Assembly: GCF_001194135.2 (NCBI RefSeq)
Contig: NC_069003.1
Span: 37,356,265-37,420,264 of the forward strand
DNA: 64,000 nt
Direction of reading: 5' to 3'
Source: Octopus bimaculoides
Lineage: Eukaryota
Part shown: one piece after another, positions 1 to 11,292 of the stretch
Position numbering within the stretch: position 1 is the stretch's first letter
Layout of the letters: the number at the start of each line of letters is the position of its first letter
Program-made: the position numbers and the translations under genes
Notes under the pieces: generated by a model
The model's database searches: none
What the model saw: the letters and a program-made list of their open reading frames with translations, nothing else
What the model was told of the DNA's origin: nothing

Positions 1-905
1 GGAGATATTCATTGCTATTTCTGCTGCTGCTGCTGCTAATGTACTTTGTTGTATTGTTGTTGTCCCTGTCGTCGTCTGTTGGACCCTAAATGGTGACCAA
101 GTTCTAACTGATGTTGGAGTTGTTGATATTGGTGCCAATGATGTTGCGCTTCGGGCTGAACGGAGCTTCACAACAACACAACACTGTCCTGTCTCAACGA
201 ATTCTTCAAAGTTCAGTAATTTCTTTCTCAAAGTGGAACTCTGGTGAGTTTGCATGTTTCTCACATGGTCCGCTGACTTTGTGGCAATCGCAATCGTCAG
301 TGGAAGGAGTGGATGAGCGCGAGTGCGTGTCGTCTTCGTCGTTGGAAGTTGAGTGTTAGAAGAATGAAAGGAAGGAGGCTGGCTCAAAGCGCTGCTAATC
401 TTTGGCGTGATTATATTTCTGCGAAGTATTCGCTTTCTTTGCAGGACAAACTCCAGAGACTGGCTCAAAGGCCCAGACCTCTGGCCAGAGATATTAGATG
501 AAAGGGTTAAAGGCTGTTGTGTTGACAAACTTTCCAATCTGAACATTGGCCCTGAACTACTTGGATCCCTCTGGCTATTGCTTTTGGCTGGAAGAGTTTT
601 CGCTGTGGCTGCATGCTGGCTAGTAAGGGTGGCCAAATGCTTCATGGACGGAACAGTAAATTTCCTGGTAGACAATGACAGGTATTGTGTGTAGGACTGT
701 TGCTGCTCTTGTTTGTGTGCTTGGTGATGGTGAGAGTGCTGGGGTTGTCTGCGAAATTCTTGGGGCTCCTGCTGCTCATGAGAGATTTTAGATGGATTGC
801 GGTCAACTAGTTCGGAGACCTCTTTTTCCGTGGCAGCTCTGACTCCAGAAGTGCATTCTAAAGAATCTGGATCGAATAAAATTATCAGCACAAGTAGTGG
901 AACAT
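1..905 (-). CDS. Coding exon 2 (continues past window start) of an unnamed, probably secreted or membrane, Ser/Thr/Gln-rich protein
   Basis: Manual reverse-complement translation gives 301 codons with no stop from 903 to 1 (VPLLVLIILFDPDSLECTSGVRAATEKEVSELVDRNPSKISHEQQEPQEFRRQ...TLAAAAAEIAMNIS). Canonical acceptor ttttgtttttcag at 906-918. The hydrophobic N-terminal segment fits a signal-peptide h-region. No family recognised. Confidence 0.8.
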
Positions 906-1185
906 CTGAAAAACAAAAGGTGTAAAAAGAGATTTTAAATAGCAACAATTCATTTTCTTTCAGTTTTGTTATCATCATCATCGTCATCATTTTCATTGTT
1001 ATTGATTTTATTTTTATCCAAGCTACTCCAAGACTCATCTAGAGACCTCAAATAACAGGAAGTTGGATATTTTACTATGGCTGCTATTTTAGGAGTAGCA
1101 ATTATGTATTGTAGGGAAAGGTGATCAAAGAATTAAGAATTCCAATATTATTATAAAAGTGATCAAAGAATGAGAATTAAGATTC

Positions 1186-1186
<1 letters not shown>

Positions 1187-1237
<51 letters not shown>
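1187..1237. repeat. (TTA)n microsatellite
   Basis: Direct reading of about 17 TTA units. Confidence 0.95.
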
Positions 1238-1239
<2 letters not shown>

Positions 1240-1668
1240 GGTGGCGAGCTGGCAGAATGGTTAGCATGTCGGGCAAAATGCTTAGCGGTATTTTGTCTGC
1301 TGCTACGCTCTGAATTCAAATTCTGCCAAGGTTGACTTTGCCTTTCATCTTTTCAGGATCGATAAATTAAGTACCAGTAAAACACTGGGTTGATGTAATC
1401 AACTAGCCTCCTCCCCTCAAATTTCAGGCCTTGTGCATTATTATTATTATTATTATTATTAAGGTGGTGAGCTCACATAATCATTAGTATGTTGGACAAA
1501 ACTGCAACATTTATTCCAGTTCTTTACATTCTGAGTTCAAATTCTGCAGAGATCAATCATGCCTTTCATCCTGTTGGGGTTGATGACATAAAGTACCAAC
1601 TGTGCACTGGTACCCATGCAAACGACTAGCTCCCCCCCACCAATTCAGACCTTGCACCTATAGTAGAA
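1240..1668 (+). mobile_element. Two tandem tRNA-derived SINE copies (family S1) separated by (TTA)n
   Basis: Both copies share ggtggcgagctggcagaat...ctgagttcaaattctgc...gcctttcatc...gataaattaagtaccag. Further copies or fragments lie near 11030, 17960, 23890, 36060, 37150, 39620, 40920, 42920, 49990 and 57870. Confidence 0.8.
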
Positions 1669-1906
1669 AAAATTTTATTATTTTTATTCCTATTCTTCGT
1701 TTTCGAGTTATGTCATGTCTCAGCTCCTTTGCAGAAGAAACCCTAACACTTTCCTCAACATGGGTTGCTCTGAATATTGCTGCTGCCAACTTTTCATGCC
1801 AGGATATTGCTTTCTTTGAGACAGTCCTAAATGTATCGACAAGGAAAGATATCACGCTCACTTTACAAATCTCTATGAATGCATTTCACTTTCAATGCTG
1901 GGTTAT

Positions 1907-1940
<34 letters not shown>

Positions 1941-3009
1941 TTACTACAGTAGTTTTCTAGTTCTTGTGTTCTTTCATTAACTGACTAATATTCTTTGTAG
2001 TTTGGGGACAAAACAGTGTCTTTTTGCTATTGTATAGAAAGTACTGCATGCATAGTAAATATGATTAAAGAGATTTCAAAGAGACAAACGTTGGTCCATT
2101 TTGGCAAAACATGTAGCATTTAGTAAAATTGGCAAAAAAAAAAAAAAAGTGAACTCTGTCTGAAACATTAGATTTCCCCACTCCTCCTCACACTGAGTTG
2201 CACTTCAGGAAATAGTTGAGAGAGAAAATAATGAGAAACAGCAGAGTTTTACATCCTTTTAGAACAACTGGCTGCAACTTAGATGCTGTCTCTCCTGTCA
2301 ATTTTGCCCAGAACAAAGGCTCTATTGAATTTTCCTCATGACAAATTCAGTCTATCAAGTGCTGTCTGGTAACGCTAATTTCTGTCCTTCAGTTTGCATT
2401 TTGATTCTCTTGTGTTTATACAATCAACAATGTTTGCAGTTATTTTGTGTTTTATGTGATGTGACCTTGCAGTAAAAAAAAAATAGAAAAAAAAATCATT
2501 ATCAATGGTGTGTGTGTGTGTGTGTGTATGTGTGAAAGGGTTGAAAACAACATTATTTCTCTGACCAAACCCTCCTCAATTACTTAAAATTTTATTTAAA
2601 ACAAAATGGAGAGTAAGATGTCTTTTAATGAAATTGTTGACCAGTGGGTGCAAGTTATGAGAACATGGAAAAACCTAAAGCAATGATGATGATGATGATG
2701 TTGCTTTGTGACTGTTTTGTATGTAATGTTTTATATATATGAAACGATTGTGGTCAATAAAGAAAGGAGTATTATTATTATTATTATTATTGTTGCAGTT
2801 GAGCAAGAGTGAGCCAAGGGATTTGATCCCAAGTCCCTCATCAACCCTACATAAATAAACTGCCAAGTTCACAACTGGAACTCTGTTACTGTTGTCATTG
2901 ATTGATCAAAGCAACTTATAAGCAAATACATTCTAACTGTGACCATCCAGTCTTATTTTCTTTCAAGCTAAACAATAAACCATACAAAAACAAAAAACTG
3001 ATTGCTTAC

Positions 3010-3046
3010 ATCTATGAGGATGAAGCAGCCAAAAGGTCTGCAGCAT
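3010..3046 (-). CDS. First coding part (MLQTFWLLHPHR + phase 1) of the same minus-strand gene; whole exon 3151-3010
   Basis: Acceptor tttgtttcctttgttgtag before 3151 and donor GTAAGC at 3009-3004. ATG at 3046 has an in-frame upstream TGA. The phase-1 end joins the 905 exon in its open frame, giving MLQTFWLLHPHRYVPLLVLIILFDPDSLEC. Confidence 0.62.
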
Positions 3047-3375
3047 CTGTCGGTCTGAACATGGGCAAGGCAGGTGTCTGATATGCAGCACTTGGTGAGG
3101 GCTCCAACAGTGACATCAACCTAGATAAAGGGTCTGCTTTGTACAAGGGTCCTACAACAAAGGAAACAAATTAAATGTTTAGCAAACAACAACAGTCAAG
3201 ATGTAATGGTGGAAAAAAAACAAACCGACCAACAAATCCAGGTTGGTCCATTATGATGATGACGATGATGATGATGATGATGATGGTGACGAAAGTCAAC
3301 AACAAGGACGAGTTGGAGGGGGGGTGTTATTGGATGTGGGACCAACTAAACATCAATGGGGAAGTTTGAACTCGA

Positions 3376-3745
3376 CGAACAGGCATGGTTGGGCAGGGAA
3401 GAAACTCACTTTGTAACCATGTGGTTTGAGGTTCCATCCCAGTGCACAGCACTTTGGGCAATTAGCTTTTACTACATCCTTGGATCAACCGATGCCTTGC
3501 AAGGAAATTTGGGAGACAGAAACTGCATGGAAGCCCATCCTATGTGTGTGTGTGTATATGTGTCTTTGTCTTTACTCCACCCACTGCTTAACAACTGGTG
3601 TCAGCTTGTTTACATCCCTGTAACTTAGTAGTTTGGCAAAAGAGATCGACAGAATAAATACTGTGGTCAATTTATTCAATCAAACCCTTCACAGTGGTGC
3701 TCCAGCATGGTCACAGTCCAATGACTGAAACAAGTAAAAGATAAG
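3376..3745 (+). mobile_element. SINE family S2 (tRNA-like head, central CA/TA microsatellite, tail ...atgactgaaacaagtaaaag)
   Basis: Colinear similarity to copies at 7684-7856, 9076-9375, 21416-21597, 43160-44131 and 57033-57330. Confidence 0.75.
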
Positions 3746-4546
3746 CTATTGACCCCTTTTACAATAAAGAAAAACAAAAGGATTTTAGTCTGTTTTAACT
3801 ACAGAGCCATCCCTCCATTTGTCCATCTCTGTTTCTAATTCTCTTTTCTGTCCCTCTCTCTCTATTCGTCCATCCATTTGTCTGTCATTCCGTGTATCCA
3901 TGCACCAAACTAGTCAGATCTATATTAGTTATAAAAGAAGTAAAACTATACAAACAAAACAAAAATCCACCCCTTGAGCTGTGTAGAAATTTTAGAAGCC
4001 ACAAAACTGAGCCAAATAGTTTTGTAGGAGTGAGTAACAGAGTATCAGGCTGTTGTTGTTTGTTGGCCAGAAAAGAGACCAAAATCTTGGGATACATTAG
4101 TCTCAACTTTGTTTGGGGAAATAGCCAAAAGCAAGCACCCAGTTCTTTCCCTGCTACTCAAAAGATTGTGCCAATACTTACAGACAGACGAATGCAAACT
4201 GCTAGAAGAATCTATAGGTATACATGTGTGTGTGTATTTGAGTAAACAAAGTATAATTGTAGTCCAAAGGACTTGTAGGCAAGTAGTAATATCAAAAACT
4301 AATGACAGAGAAACTTCAAATATAGCAACACATAATACTTCGTTATTTTACTGAATGGGGGACATTAATACATTTAGTTTATTTTGTAATTGGAGAACAA
4401 CAACAAGGTTGGTCACAGGTCTCCAGCAAACCAGTCACGGCTTTGCTGCATTTTTGTTGACAACACAAAAAAAGTCTAACTTGGCAGGACAAATATCACA
4501 AAACAATAGTTTGATTTGAAAATGTTAACCCTTCTTTACATCCTTT

Positions 4547-4602
<56 letters not shown>

Positions 4603-5339
4603 ATAAGTATGTATGTGTGAGAAATAACACAAATGGAACAAGGTGAATGAGAGAGAGAGAGAGAGTTAGGACAATGTGAGTGGTAACAACAGGTTAACAA
4701 ATCATAAACACTAGAAAAAATAAAAAAAGTTGTTTTACAGTGAATTGTATGCTGAAAAGAAGGGAAAGGAAAAAAAACAAGAAAACTGATGTTTCGGGCA
4801 AACAACCCTTCATCAAACGTAGAATAAGAAAAGTATAAGAAAATAAACACTATTTGTTTAAAGCACATGTGCACACACACACGCGTGTGTGTGTGTGCAA
4901 ATGATGGGGTTCCAGCCCGTTTTCTGTCAACAAAATTTGACTCACAAGGTAATGATCAATTGAAAGGGTAGCAGACACTCATCTAAGGGGCCATGCAAAC
5001 TAAAGAACTACCTGTACATGTAGAGCCTTGTGCTAATATAATAACAATATTATTATTATTGTTGTTGATTGGGTGGGAGGTCTGCTGTATTGGCAGATCA
5101 TTGGACAGAATACCTTGTGGTATTTAGTTATGATTCCTCACATTCTAATGTTGAAGATGATGGTTTGGCACAATTGTTAAAATGTCAGACAAAAATGCTT
5201 TGTGTTATTTCAGCTAGTTCTTTACATTTTGAGTTCAAATCATACCTAAATCAATTTTACCTTTTATCCATTTTGTAAATATGAGTTTGAGACAGAAAAT
5301 ATAAAGAAAAAAAAAAAACTCTCTGCCTGACAATGCTTG

Positions 5340-5562
5340 GACCTGGTGTCTGACCTGTTGCTGACCTCAAAATTAGTGATCATGCTCCCGTGCACATAAA
5401 AGCACCCACCACACTCTTGGAGTGGTTGGCATTAGGAAGGGCATCCAACTGTAGAAACATTGCCAGATCAGATTGGAGCCTGGTGCAGCTGCTGGCTCTC
5501 CAGACCTCAGTCAAACCATCCAACCCATGCTAGCATGGAAAACGGACGTTAAACAATGATGA
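5340..5562 (+). mobile_element. RTE-tail repeat (family S3), 3' UTR fragment
   Basis: Ends in ccaacccatgctagcatggaaaacggacgttaaacaatgatgat, the same tail as the RTE LINE copies at 29551 and 55409. Confidence 0.8.
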
Positions 5563-5863
5563 TTATGAAAAGATAGGTTTATCTAAAATGTTAGCAATTA
5601 ATTTATAGCATATTACTTATTGTGTTACAGGTTTCAGTCATTGGACTGTGGCCATGCTGGGGCACCATTTTCAAGTGTTTTCATTTATTATAACAAACCC
5701 CTTCTGAGTAGTAACCTATGATATTTTATCATTAATGAAGACAATAAGCAAGATATTTGTTGTTAAAGTTAACAATTCTTGCACTTGCCAAAAACAATCA
5801 ACAACAACTTCTGGTTTTAATATAAAAAAGCAAAATTGTTGCCACAACACATCAGTTTCAAAA

Positions 5864-6220
5864 TGGCTAACACAAGTGACGAGAACATGTCATCCATTTC
5901 TTCAGTGGATATCGGCCTTCATTTGTCTTTTGAAGAGTCATCTTTTGACAATACCAATGATGACGAAGTTGTCCAACACATTGCACCATATCAATTTGAT
6001 CCTTACTGGCCACTGACTGTGAAGAGGAAGGTGAGCCTAGATTAGGAAACCTTGACTGGTTATAGAAATATTCCAAATCAAAATTGTTCAAATGATCAAA
6101 TACTCTGGCCTCAAGTGAGTTGAAAGTATGTCTGAATTATATGTAGGACATGAGATTGACGTGCTGTGGAGTCCGCCAGGCTGACCAGGAGGAAGATATC
6201 AGCACAATTTAATGACTTTA
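5864..6220 (+). pseudogene. Degenerate ORF resembling the N-terminus of P2RX7 C-terminal (ballast/ZCD)-like proteins
   Basis: MANTSDENMSSISS...DDEVVQHIAPYQFDP, then with one frameshift LATDCEEEGEPRLGNLDW. This resembles the PYQFEP...RLGNxxWCxC pattern; downstream stops are present. Recognition from memory only. Confidence 0.35.
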
Positions 6221-7304
6221 ATTAGACTATTAAGCTTTGCTGTGACAATTATCAAAGTGTCAATGTTGTAAAGTTTTTATTCTCTATAATTAGCCTCTCA
6301 TTTTGTTATAAGTCATAAATTCTTCCAGTATAAACAAGCTGGACACAACACCAGGCCTATTTTCAAAATAATAGGTCGTTTTCTACATCCCACATTTCTA
6401 GGCAATATTGCCAAAAATCACATTTCTTGATGTGTTAGACATGGACCTGTTATTATTTACCTTTATCCTATCCTACATTGACCTACAAGCATTTTAATTA
6501 CATAAAATTCAACTCTATATGTTAATTGATAAATGAAGGGATACCCTGAGATAGGCTTGGGCATATCTAGGTTACCTCACATGTTAGGCATGACCGTTCG
6601 ACGCTTTTTGAACCAATCTCCCAAAGTTTAATTTACTATTTATTTTTTTAAACTGTAATATAGAAATTTGTGGTCCTGGATTTATATGCAACAATCACAA
6701 GTGATATTAAACAATAATTTTTTTCTTTCCCTTTTCATAACAGCTGGGCATTCTTGTATGGGGATGGGGATGACAAGAATGCCTCATTGAGATCATCCAG
6801 TTTCCTCTTGAGATAAATAGACAGTAGGGATCTCAGGCATAAATGCTGAGTAGTGCTGTTAGTTGTAATGTTGTTTAATCACAGGTCTGTCCTGATCAAG
6901 CAGACCTAGGATTAGATGGCATTCCAGCCATGACCTCTCCCTTTTGTTTTTAAAGACTGCATCTTGGATCAATCTATCTAATTGTATGACCTGTTTTTAA
7001 GATGGTATGATTGGTTAATTGATTGGGAGAGAGAGAGAAGGCAAATGAAGACGGTTAGAACATACCAAATTATTAGGGGAGGGGGAGTAGGTTGGTGGAT
7101 AAAAGAGGTAATGAGATGTGGTTGAAAATAAATTCCCCCCACCCCACCAACAGTTTAATTAATTCCTCTAGCCACTTGGTAATTAAACTGAGTTTTTATC
7201 TTTTTAATTAATATGGTTACTGATTACTTTCCTTCTGTTGTTGTATTTTATTATTTATGGAGGTTGTAGTAGAGTTGTTGGTGTGGTTGTTTAATCAAAT
7301 TCAG

Positions 7305-7672
7305 ACAATCAAAGGTGTTCCAGGTATGACCATCCCATCTTTAGATATAACGGGCCTCACAGAGGCGAGATGGCTGAGTTCCTTTCAAGCGTTGGGCCTC
7401 ATGGAGGCAATGACTGAGACCTTTGGCATTATGTTGTGCTTCAGAAGAAGAAGACCCCTCAAGCCAAGTAAAATTGCAGTCGTGGCAGATACCGGTGTCA
7501 CACAAATGGCACCATTACACTCTCGGAGTGGTTGGTGTTAGAAAGGGCATCCAGCCATAGAAAACCATGCCAAATCAGACTGGATCCTGGCGTACCAGCC
7601 CAGCCAAACCGTCCAACCCATGCCAGCATGGACAACGGATGCTAAAAGATGATGATGATGATGATGATGATG
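7305..7672 (+). mobile_element. RTE-tail repeat (S3) containing one 42-bp monomer
   Basis: Shares gggcctcacagagg...gagttcctttcaagc...gaggcaatgactgagacctttggcattatg with 54845-55140 and ends in (GAT)n. Confidence 0.8.
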
Positions 7673-7683
7673 ATCTGTATAGG

Positions 7684-7856
7684 TGCAGGTGTGGCTGTGT
7701 GGTTAAGAAGCTTACTTTCTGTGTTCTGCGGTTCAGTCATACTACACAGCACCTCGGCTAAAGGTTTTCTTTTATAGCCCCAGGCCAATTAAAGCCTTCT
7801 CAGCAGATTTGGTAGATGAAAACTGAAAGAAGCCTGTTGTGTGTGTGTGTGTGTAC
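7684..7856 (+). mobile_element. SINE S2, 5' half
   Basis: gcaggtgtggctgtgtggttaagaagctt...gcagatttggtagatgaaaactgaaagaagcc followed by (TG)n. Confidence 0.75.
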
Positions 7857-8966
7857 GCCCTTGTCTGGACATCACATGATGGTTGTTATAAATGTTACCA
7901 TCATACAAGTGAAGATATTCATTTGCAGTCTTCCATGAAAACCATGTTTGGTCCTGGAGAAATAGTCATTTGGAAACAGGCAAAGGGTTGAGCATTCCCC
8001 CTAGAATTTTTATTCTTCTCATCATTCCTGCAAGGGTTGACTTACAAAGGTTCAAGAGGGGCATTTAACAGCATCAATCTCTCTCACCAGTACAGACTTT
8101 TGGAGAAGGTGGGGGGGGGTACAAGGGCCACAAGCATTGCTCTTTTCTCTGGACCCAGCAAAAGAAAAGAAAACATCTTGTCCATTATCCAACAAGGGAA
8201 CTTCAAAGTATGGTCATTCAACCTACTAGAAATAGCAAAGAAATTTCCCTCAAATCACACCCTACCATTCTTAAAAAACAAGACCATCGGATCATGTAGT
8301 CTTCTATATTTTTTAGCAACACTGCAAGATGTTTATTGATCAGTTGTTGATTGGATTTTGCTCCAAATGTGGAGCCTTCCGACAGTGGTGAGTGGCATTG
8401 ATATTGCCAAGGAAGATCCGGGTTGTCTCAAATTGTAGCACCCCTTCCTTTTTCCTGTCCTCCACCGGATGCAGCTGTTACCACTCAAGCTAAAAGCTAA
8501 GCCGATCACTTACACACACACAAAGGAATGGTCACCACAAGCTTTGAGAAGAAATCTTGATTAGGAAAGACCTAAGACAAATAAATGGCCATTGTAGCAG
8601 GTTATCACTGAGTGAGTAGACTTATGATCAAAACCATTCTGACGGTGACCACCAATACTGAATCTGTGACTAAATTGTACAGTACGACCTTCTTTTTAGA
8701 AAAGAAAAGGTGAGATTTAATGAAGATTTGGCTGCTATTTTTAGCAAGTGAAGCAACAGCATTTTCTTGTAGTTGTTTGTAGCATAATACATAAGAGTAC
8801 TAGAAATAAAGAGTTGTAAAGCTCAATCCCAATGAAAGAATGAATGAGGACTAATGATTGTCAGAAAGAGAACCAAATGAAAATATTTTCCATTCATAAT
8901 TTCAGATTAAAACTTGGGAAAATTTCTCCTTCACACTAAAGACTCATCTGAAATACTTAAGCATCG

Positions 8967-9060
8967 AATCTGCTCGTTAGCGAATGAATTTTAATTAATC
9001 TGCTCGTTAGCGAATGAATTTTAATTAATCTGCTCGTTAGCGAATGAATTTAAATTAATC
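8967..9060. repeat. 30-bp minisatellite x3 (tgctcgttagcgaatgaattttaattaatc)
   Basis: Units start at 8971, 9001 and 9031; only one mismatch among them. Confidence 0.95.
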
Positions 9061-9075
9061 TAGAATTAATCTCGA

Positions 9076-9375
9076 TGCAGGAATAGCTGTATGGTTAAGA
9101 AGATCAACTTGCAACCATGTTGTTTCAAGTTCAATCCCAGTTCAGGCAAGTGTGTTGTTCTATAGCCCTGGGTCAACAAATGCCTTGAGTGAGAGAAACT
9201 GTATGGAAGCATATTCTTTATAAATGTGTTTGTTCTGTCTTCTCCCTACTGCTTAACAACCAGTGTTGGTTTGTTGGCCTTCGTAACTTAGCAGTTCAGC
9301 TGAAGAAACTGATAGAATAAGTACTGGGGTTGATTTGCTGAATCAAACTCCTCAAGGTGGTACTCCAGCATAGTC
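9076..9375 (+). mobile_element. SINE S2, degenerate copy
   Basis: Colinear with the 3376-3745 copy. Confidence 0.7.
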
Positions 9376-11258
9376 AGAAGTGGAATGTTTTGATCATACT
9401 CACTCAGAGCTGACCCAGGGTTAAACATTGACATTTACAACATACTGAAGGACATTATGATCTTCAGCTAACATTCCAGATTCCAGTGCTGTTATGGAGT
9501 TGGATCTACAGGTCCTGTTGGTTATCTATGACAGGCTGACTACTTGTGTGCCACACGGCCAGAGATCAATAATGGGTCACCTGCAGTTAAACATCAACTC
9601 GACCATTCATCATCAACAAAAAGCTATTTACTTTTGCAAGGATATTTTCTTTGTATTCTTTTTTTTTTTTTTTTTTTTTTACTAAGGACTTTGATTTAAA
9701 GGCAAACAGAGAAGGGAAACCGGACATTCATGAGTTCCTCAACAGAGATTACAAATGTCACATTCATTGAAATTGGATTATAACTTTGAGATGGGGGGGG
9801 GGAAGAGTAGATAGGTAAACCTTCCAGAATTCCAATATTTCTAAACAAACACAAAATCAAAAAGTTTTAACAATTTATTAATAACTAATAACAATAATGA
9901 CGATGACGATGATAATCCACTTTGAAAAAAAACACCCTTTCATCTTTCCCAACATAATTGTACGGTTTATTTATCACCGGGTCAGTCTGGAACTGGAAGT
10001 TATTTAAATAAAATATAAAACTAAATAACAAAAAAATCAGAAATCAATTCATGTGAGAAAATGACTAAATACAAATATTGGAGAAAAACAAAACTCAATC
10101 AATATCGTACATTGTGAGGACAAAAGAGTTGGCAGAGGCTGGTCTTCACATGGTCTCAGATTATCTCATTTAGAATAATATTTTGGGTGTCAGGGTTAGT
10201 TGTTAAAATTTAGCCAGGTCAATAATATAAACACTAGTAATATATAGATTTTTAATAAAAGCACAGGGGACCAAAACTAGGGGCCAAATGTAGTTGACTT
10301 AACTGGTACTTATTTCATTGACCCTGGAGGGATGAAAGAGAAAGCTAACTCAGAAAGTAAAGACATGTAGCTAAATACCACAAGTAATTTTGTCTGTTGC
10401 TCAACCAATTCAACCAATCCAGTCATTACAAGTAATACATGAGGGTCAACTAGAGTAGCTGGTTGACCTCTGTCCATCATTGTCAATTGACGCCCACTTT
10501 TTCTTGCTTGCATGGGTCAGGTAGAATTTATTGAGGCAAATTTTCTTTGGTCAGGCACCCTTCCTGTTACTGATCCTCACCTGTTTCCAAGTAAGGCAAT
10601 CTTTCTCCATGGTTGAACAAATTTTCACGGATGACTGGAGCTGAACAACATTGTTTGTATAAAGGTGGTGATGCTAGTTTACAACCCTAATATGGTGTTA
10701 CTTTGGTATGTGCTCAACACTTTATGTTGTGATCGACAACAAGACAAGTTAGACTTATCAAGAACAGCTTTTGTAGCTGATCTTCATTCGATTCACCAAT
10801 AAAATTAGTAAACTTGTTTCAAATTTGCTTCCTTCTAATTTCTTTTTAATAATAAATGTATAAAAATTTTAATTATCAATTTTTCACTTTTCTAACTGAT
10901 GTTCGTTTGATTTGCCCAATAAATTTGTAAACTCATTTCAAATCTGCTTCATTTTGTTGTTGTTGCTGTTTGTATTGACAGAATTGAAAAATCAGACAAA
11001 AATACTCTGTCATACGGTATTCCAGTTTAGTCTTTCTGAGTATAAAATTCTGTTCAGGATCAGCTTTCAGCTTTTCATCTTTTTCTTTTAAGGATCAATA
11101 AAATATAAGTACCAGTTATGTACATGGGTCAATGATTTTTTTAAAAAACCCTCCCCTCAAATTTCTGGTCTTGTTCCAATGCCAGAAAACACTCCTACCC
11201 ACACTGCTAATCCTCTCTCCTGGGAGGGAGGAAAAAAGAAAAGAAATTTTGTAAAAAA

Positions 11259-11292
<34 letters not shown>

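Noticed and set aside
111-694. Plus-strand ORFs 111-359, 313-501 and 407-694
   Set aside because: They are antisense shadows of the long minus-strand coding exon; no protein-like features or splice logic.
1240-1330. tRNA gene
   Set aside because: The A/B-box-like sequence is the head of a multi-copy SINE; no cloverleaf can be folded.
8967-9060. CRISPR-like array
   Set aside because: The repeats are directly adjacent with no unique spacers, and the context is eukaryotic. The same applies to the 42-bp array at 54845.
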